A DNA stretch of 64,000 nucleotides, from positions 7,254,001 to 7,318,000 of the forward strand of contig CM102289.1 of NCBI GenBank assembly GCA_046563655.1. Direction: 5' to 3'. Under the pieces are notes generated by a model. The model worked only from the letters and a program-made list of their open reading frames with translations. It made no database searches and was not told the DNA's origin. A program made the translations under genes and the position numbers. This document shows positions 58,892 to 64,000 of this stretch, in pieces (positions within the stretch are counted from its first letter, which is position 1; every line of letters starts with the position of its first letter). The stretch is from Yuukianura sp. NJ FZ-2021. Its lineage: Eukaryota.

Positions 58892-61755
58892 TCAATGACT
58901 TCGACGATTTTGCAATCGAGTACTGCTTGACATTCTGAATTCGGAGCTCCGGAGATCAGCCACGGGTTGTCCAAGACAGCGGGAGAGGCCAGGGCACTTG
59001 CGCAGAAGTGAAATCAGCTCGGCGCGGAACTTCCTGCCCAAAATAGAGTAGAAAAGGAAGTTGACAGATGAATTGACAATGACTGGAATTGAAGAGAAAA
59101 CTTCGATGTCTCTGGGATCATAGCTTCCAAAGGACACGAATACCCAGATGATTGTTCCATTGATTACGTTACTAATAACGAAAAAAATACTCACACACAG
59201 AAGCATTACCGTCAAAGAGGTCATGTCACTTTCGCCTGACGCAGCAGACATGGATTGACGATTCTTCAGTGACTGTTTGACCTATCAGAAAAAGAGAAAA
59301 CGAAAAATAAAAACATTGATAAAAAAAATTGCTAGTTTTGATGCCCTCACCTTAATCCATATTCTTGAATTGAGCACAGTGAGTAGAGGAATTGGAATGA
59401 CGTACATGAGGATAGCCCAGAAGTAGCCATGGTAGAATTGCCTGTAAGCACGCTCTTGCAAAATGTTTGGCTCATTGTACGCTCGTATCAAAATTTTTTG
59501 CCATTGTGCTAGGTTCTTCGGATTCCTTTGCCTTTGCACTTTAATGGTAGAGCCAATAGTTTCAAACCAACGCGGTAAATTTACAACCACTGCTCCAATG
59601 AACACGATTATGCTCATAATAACTGCTTTCCGTTTGCTTGTCCAAAACCGAATTTGAAGTGGGTAGCACACTGCTACAAATCGCTCCAACGTCACAATAA
59701 TTGTTATGTACACAGATGCAGTGTGCGCTGAAAAGTTTTATATATTAGTTTTCTAGTATTTTAATATTTAAAATGCAACTTAATAAAAATAAAACTGTTA
59801 TAAAATTATTATTGTGCTCAAACCTGTTTTACTGAGGGGGTAAATATACTTGGACTGAAATTCTTCCAGCATCGTAACGGTTTCAATAGGCTGTTCTCCA
59901 AGAAGAGAAATTTGAGTTCCAGAACTCGCAACACCCCATGGAAAATCATAAATTCCGAGGAATAGTGACACCAATTTGAATCCGTAAAGCGGTTGAGATA
60001 AAATCAGCGTCCCCAGAATTGTTATATCAAACAGCGCAAGCGCAATCATCAAGCAGCTTGTAGAGCTCATCATAGCCCTCCTCGTCAGTACTGCAATTGA
60101 AACAACGTTTCCAAATATTCCAACCAAACAAAGGGCACCTAGAACGCATATGTAGACATAGAAAATAGTGACTTCTGTAGTTATTTCGTCTTCTGGTCGA
60201 ACTCCAAAAAATTCCCATCTTCCATTGTACTTGCGTAGTTTAACATAATTTCTCTGTTTTGTAGAATTTGCATCTTCCAAAAATTTAAACACCTTGGTAT
60301 TTTCTGCTCCGATTTGTTGCAGTCCTGTGATTGTTAAGTCTGTCATTGAAGTATTCAAAAGTTGCCGCAAAAGATCGTCGTTGATCTGATTTATCAGATC
60401 TACGTTTCGCAAGTGACTGAACATGTATGAAATATTTTCGACAACAGTGTCATCCAGGTCACAATATTCTAGTGACAGAGACCGGATAGACTTGAATTGA
60501 AATCGTGAAGTCAATGTTAGTTTTAGGTCACTGAGCGACAGCCATCTTATTGACTTCAGAGATTCCATAAGAATTGAGAGGTCAAAGGTCACTTTTTGCT
60601 TCGTATCGCTTTGGTCAATGGTTATTGATTCAAGGGAAGCCAAATTCCTTAGAAATTGGAACCCTCCGACTTCAAATTTGACGTTGCGCAGTTCCACTTC
60701 TGTCAACACTGTACTGTTGAATTTGATTCCAGCGCTGTTGAATGCGGAGTTGTAAATTTTAAGCGTATTCAACTTGGGCAGACTAGTTGGCTGATCGATT
60801 GATGCTGATGAATGGACAAGAACTGCATTGTCAATTGTCAACGACGTTAAGGATTCAGCATTGAGGTATTTCAAGTCATACGTTGGAACTGAATGTTCGA
60901 ATGTCGCATTTCGCAATTTCAGTCTGTGAAAAGATATAAAAAAAAAGTCGTGTTTACTTATAATTTGGTGCCGAAAATAATTTTGGTTTTCTTACTCAAC
61001 AATGTTGGTTAGTTTTTCAAGAAGTGCGTATGGCAAACGATTTAAAAATTTTGAACTCCGCACATCAAGTTTGGTCACCTCGCTTCCATTGAATTTTGAC
61101 AAGTCAATAACAGTTTCTACGGCTTCAAGGACTTTGTATGGAAAGTACTGCTGTACATCGTATGGAATTTGCTCCACATTTAGCTTTTTCATAAAATAGA
61201 CAAACTTTCCACCATGTTCAGGCTGAAGAATTGTGGTCATAGTGGCGATGGAAGCCAATTGCTCGTTTGTAGCATAGAACAAAGTATCCATAAAATGTTC
61301 CTGCGTGCTTTCAGCAAATCCCCATTTTTTCCTCCGAATCTCAACTCTGTATAATCTGGGTAGAGATACTTTCCCGCCAAATCGCCCATTCCATACAACG
61401 CCATTGAGCTTGATGTCAGTTAGGTTTGCGCATTCCTTTAGTTCTTGTAGTAAATTTTTTGGATCAAATTCAATTGCAATTAGTGTAAGGCCTTTAATTG
61501 CTGATTTATTTGCATATTGGATTTTTTCAAATTTTTCAAGAGGATAATGCTCCGGCTCTCCGCTAATTGTTACTTGATCCCTCAACTAAAAAAAGTATAC
61601 AACATCAATAGCTTTTGTTTGAATCGATTGCAAGTCAATTTTTGTTATATGTGTTAACATACCACGATTTCTTCTAGACTTTCTACATGTGGAAAAATAG
61701 ACGTTGCAAAAACAAAAATAGTCCAAGACTTAAGTACGAGTATGAAAATTGACAT
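58892..61755 (-). CDS. Class A GPCR (FMRFamide-receptor-like 7TM) with LRR-like ectodomain, copy 2
   Basis: Same five-exon layout as copy 1 (approximately 61663-61755, 60996-61585, 59824-60923, 59351-59727, 58892-59281). Contains 'VTLERFVAVCYPL' and 'NSSVNFLFY'. Confidence 0.85.
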
Positions 61756-62085
61756 ATTTTTATTCTTCAAAAATATTGGGAAAACAACCGATCGAACTGT
61801 TTTTATAAAAATCGTTTTCGTCAACTTACTTTTGTCTCGAAGACGCTTGAGTTTTATATTAGCAACTTATGATTAGTTAACGCGTGGTAACAGGAATGTG
61901 CTTTTGCGCTTGCTAAAACTTGCTCTTTAGCGGCTAACCATTTCCGCAATTAGTAACTTGTTTTTCCTCAATTAAAATAATTCAAATTTTACCGAGGTTG
62001 TTCTATGCAGAAATAAATTACAGAAACTGCACGTTAGCAGTTTGGACTAAATGCGAATCCACTTTTTTGTGCATTGATTTAAAAA

Positions 62086-64000
62086 TTAATGACTTCGACC
62101 ACTTTGCCAGCGAGTACGACTTGACATTACGAATTCGGAACTTCGGGGATCTGTCATTGGTTGTCCAAAGCAATTAGCTAGGCAAGGGCACTTGCGCAGA
62201 AGTGAAATTAGCTCTAAGCGGAACTTCTTTCCCAAGATGGAGTAGAACAAGAAGTTGACAGAGGAATTGACAATGACTGGAATGGAAGAGAAAACTTCGA
62301 TGTCTCTGGGATCATAGCTTCCAAAGGACACGAATACCCAGATGATGGTTCCGTTGATTACGTTACTAATTACGAAAAAAATACTGACGCACAGAAGCAT
62401 TACGGTCAGTGAGGTCATGTCACTTTCGCCTGACGCAGCAGACATGGATTGGCGATTCTTCAGTGACTGTTTGACCTATCAGAAAAAGAGAAAACCAAAA
62501 ATAAAAACATTGATTAAAAAAAATTGCTAATTTTGTTGGCCGCACCTTAATCCATATTCTTGAATTGAGCACAGTGAGTAGAGGAATTGGAATGACGTAC
62601 ATGAGGATAGCCCAGAAGTAGCCATGGTAGAATTGCCTGTAAGCACGTTCTTGTAAAATGTTTGGCTCATTGTACGCCCGTACCAAAATTTTTTGCAATC
62701 GTGCTATGTACATCGGATTCCTTCGCATTTGCACTTTAATCGTAGAGCCAATAGTTTCAAACCAACGCGGTAAATTTACAACGATGGCTCCAATGAACAC
62801 GATTATGCTCAAAATAACTGCTTTCCGTTTGTTTGTCCAAAACCGAATTTGAAGCGGGTAGCACACTGCTACAAATCGCTCCAACGTCACAATAATTGTT
62901 ATGTACACAGATGCAGTGTGTGCTAGAAAGTTATTTAATATATTAAAACACAATTCTATAAAAATAAAACTTTTATAAATGTACTCAATACCTGTTTTGC
63001 TCAGCGGGTAAATATACTTGGACTGGAATTCTTCCAGCATCGTAACGGTCTCAATAGGTTGTTTTCCAAGGAGAGAAATTTCAGTTCCAGAACTGAAATG
63101 GCCCCATGGAAAATCATAAATTCCGAGGAATAGTGACACCAATTTGAATCCGTAGAGCGGTTGAGATAAAAACAACGTCCCCAGAATTGTTATATCAAAC
63201 AGCGCAAGTGCAATCATGAAGCAGCTTGTAGAGCTCATCATAGCCTTCCTCCTAAGGACTACAATGGAAATGACGTTTCCTAAAATTCCAACCAAACAAA
63301 CACCTCCGAGAACGTATATGTAGACGTAGAAGATCGTAACTTCTGTTGTCGCTTTGTCTTCTGGTCGAACTCCCAAAAATACCCATCTTCCATCGTACTT
63401 GCCTAGCCTAACATAATCTCCTTGCTTCGTAGAATTTGCATCTTCCAAAAATTTAAACACCTTGGCATTTTCTGCTCCGACTTGTTGCAGTCCTGTGATT
63501 GTTAATTCAGTCATTGAAGTATTCAAAAGTTGGCGCAAAAGGTCGTCGTTGATCTGATTGGTCAGATATACGTTTTCTAACTGACTGAACATGAATGAAA
63601 TATTTTCGACAACAGTGTCATCCAGGTCACAATTTTCTAGTGATAGAGAACGGATTGATTCGAATTGAAATCGTGAAGTCAATGTTAGTTTTAGGTCGCT
63701 TAGCGACAGCCATCTTATTGACTTCAGAGATTCCTTAAGAACTGAAAAGTCAAAGGTCATCTTTTGCTTCATATTACTTTGCTCAATGGTTATTGTATTA
63801 AGGGAAGTCAAATTCCTTAGGAATTCGAATCCTCCAACTTCAAATTTGACGTTGCGCAGTTCAATTTCTGTCAACACTGTACTGTTCAATGTGATTCCAG
63901 CGCTGTTGAATGCGGAGTTGTAAATTTTAAGCGTGTTCAACTTGGGCAGAATAGTTGGGTGATCGATTGATGCTGATGAATGGACAAGAACTGCATTGTC
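62086..64000 (-). CDS. Class A GPCR (FMRFamide-receptor-like 7TM) with LRR-like ectodomain, copy 3 (5' end beyond the window)
   Basis: Exons 62992 to beyond 64000, ~62546-62922 and ~62086-62474. Highly similar to copy 2. Confidence 0.85.

Noticed and set aside
62420..63940. 506-aa ORF as a single-exon protein
   Set aside because: It reads through a 69-nt stop-free intron (62923-62991) and into the next intron. Copies 1 and 2 have stop-containing introns at the same position.

Overview
This is AT-rich eukaryotic (animal) DNA with many 55-80 bp GT-AG introns. Gene content and compact introns suggest an arthropod, possibly a springtail (inference only). Left to right it holds: the 3' half of a CYP2-clan P450, an unknown Ser/acidic-rich gene, KRI1, muskelin, a secreted VMO-I protein with an aerolysin-like tail, a peritrophin-A protein, a chromodomain protein whose exons splice in frame to an SVIP-like C-terminus, a possible decayed glycosyltransferase, a ~16 kb RasGEF1 gene with an intronic 19-bp minisatellite, a cytochrome b5/desaturase, an NME5-like NDP kinase, aminopeptidase N flanked by two small paralogous orphan genes, an intronless bacterial-type bioA, and a tandem array of at least 3 FMRFamide-receptor-like GPCRs with long LRR-like ectodomains. 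The most interesting signals are the probably horizontally acquired bioA, the LRR-GPCR array, the chromodomain-SVIP fusion, the VMO-I/aerolysin-like protein and the orphan gene pair. I recognised no rRNA, tRNA or CRISPR array. All exon boundaries were inferred by eye and no database searches were run.
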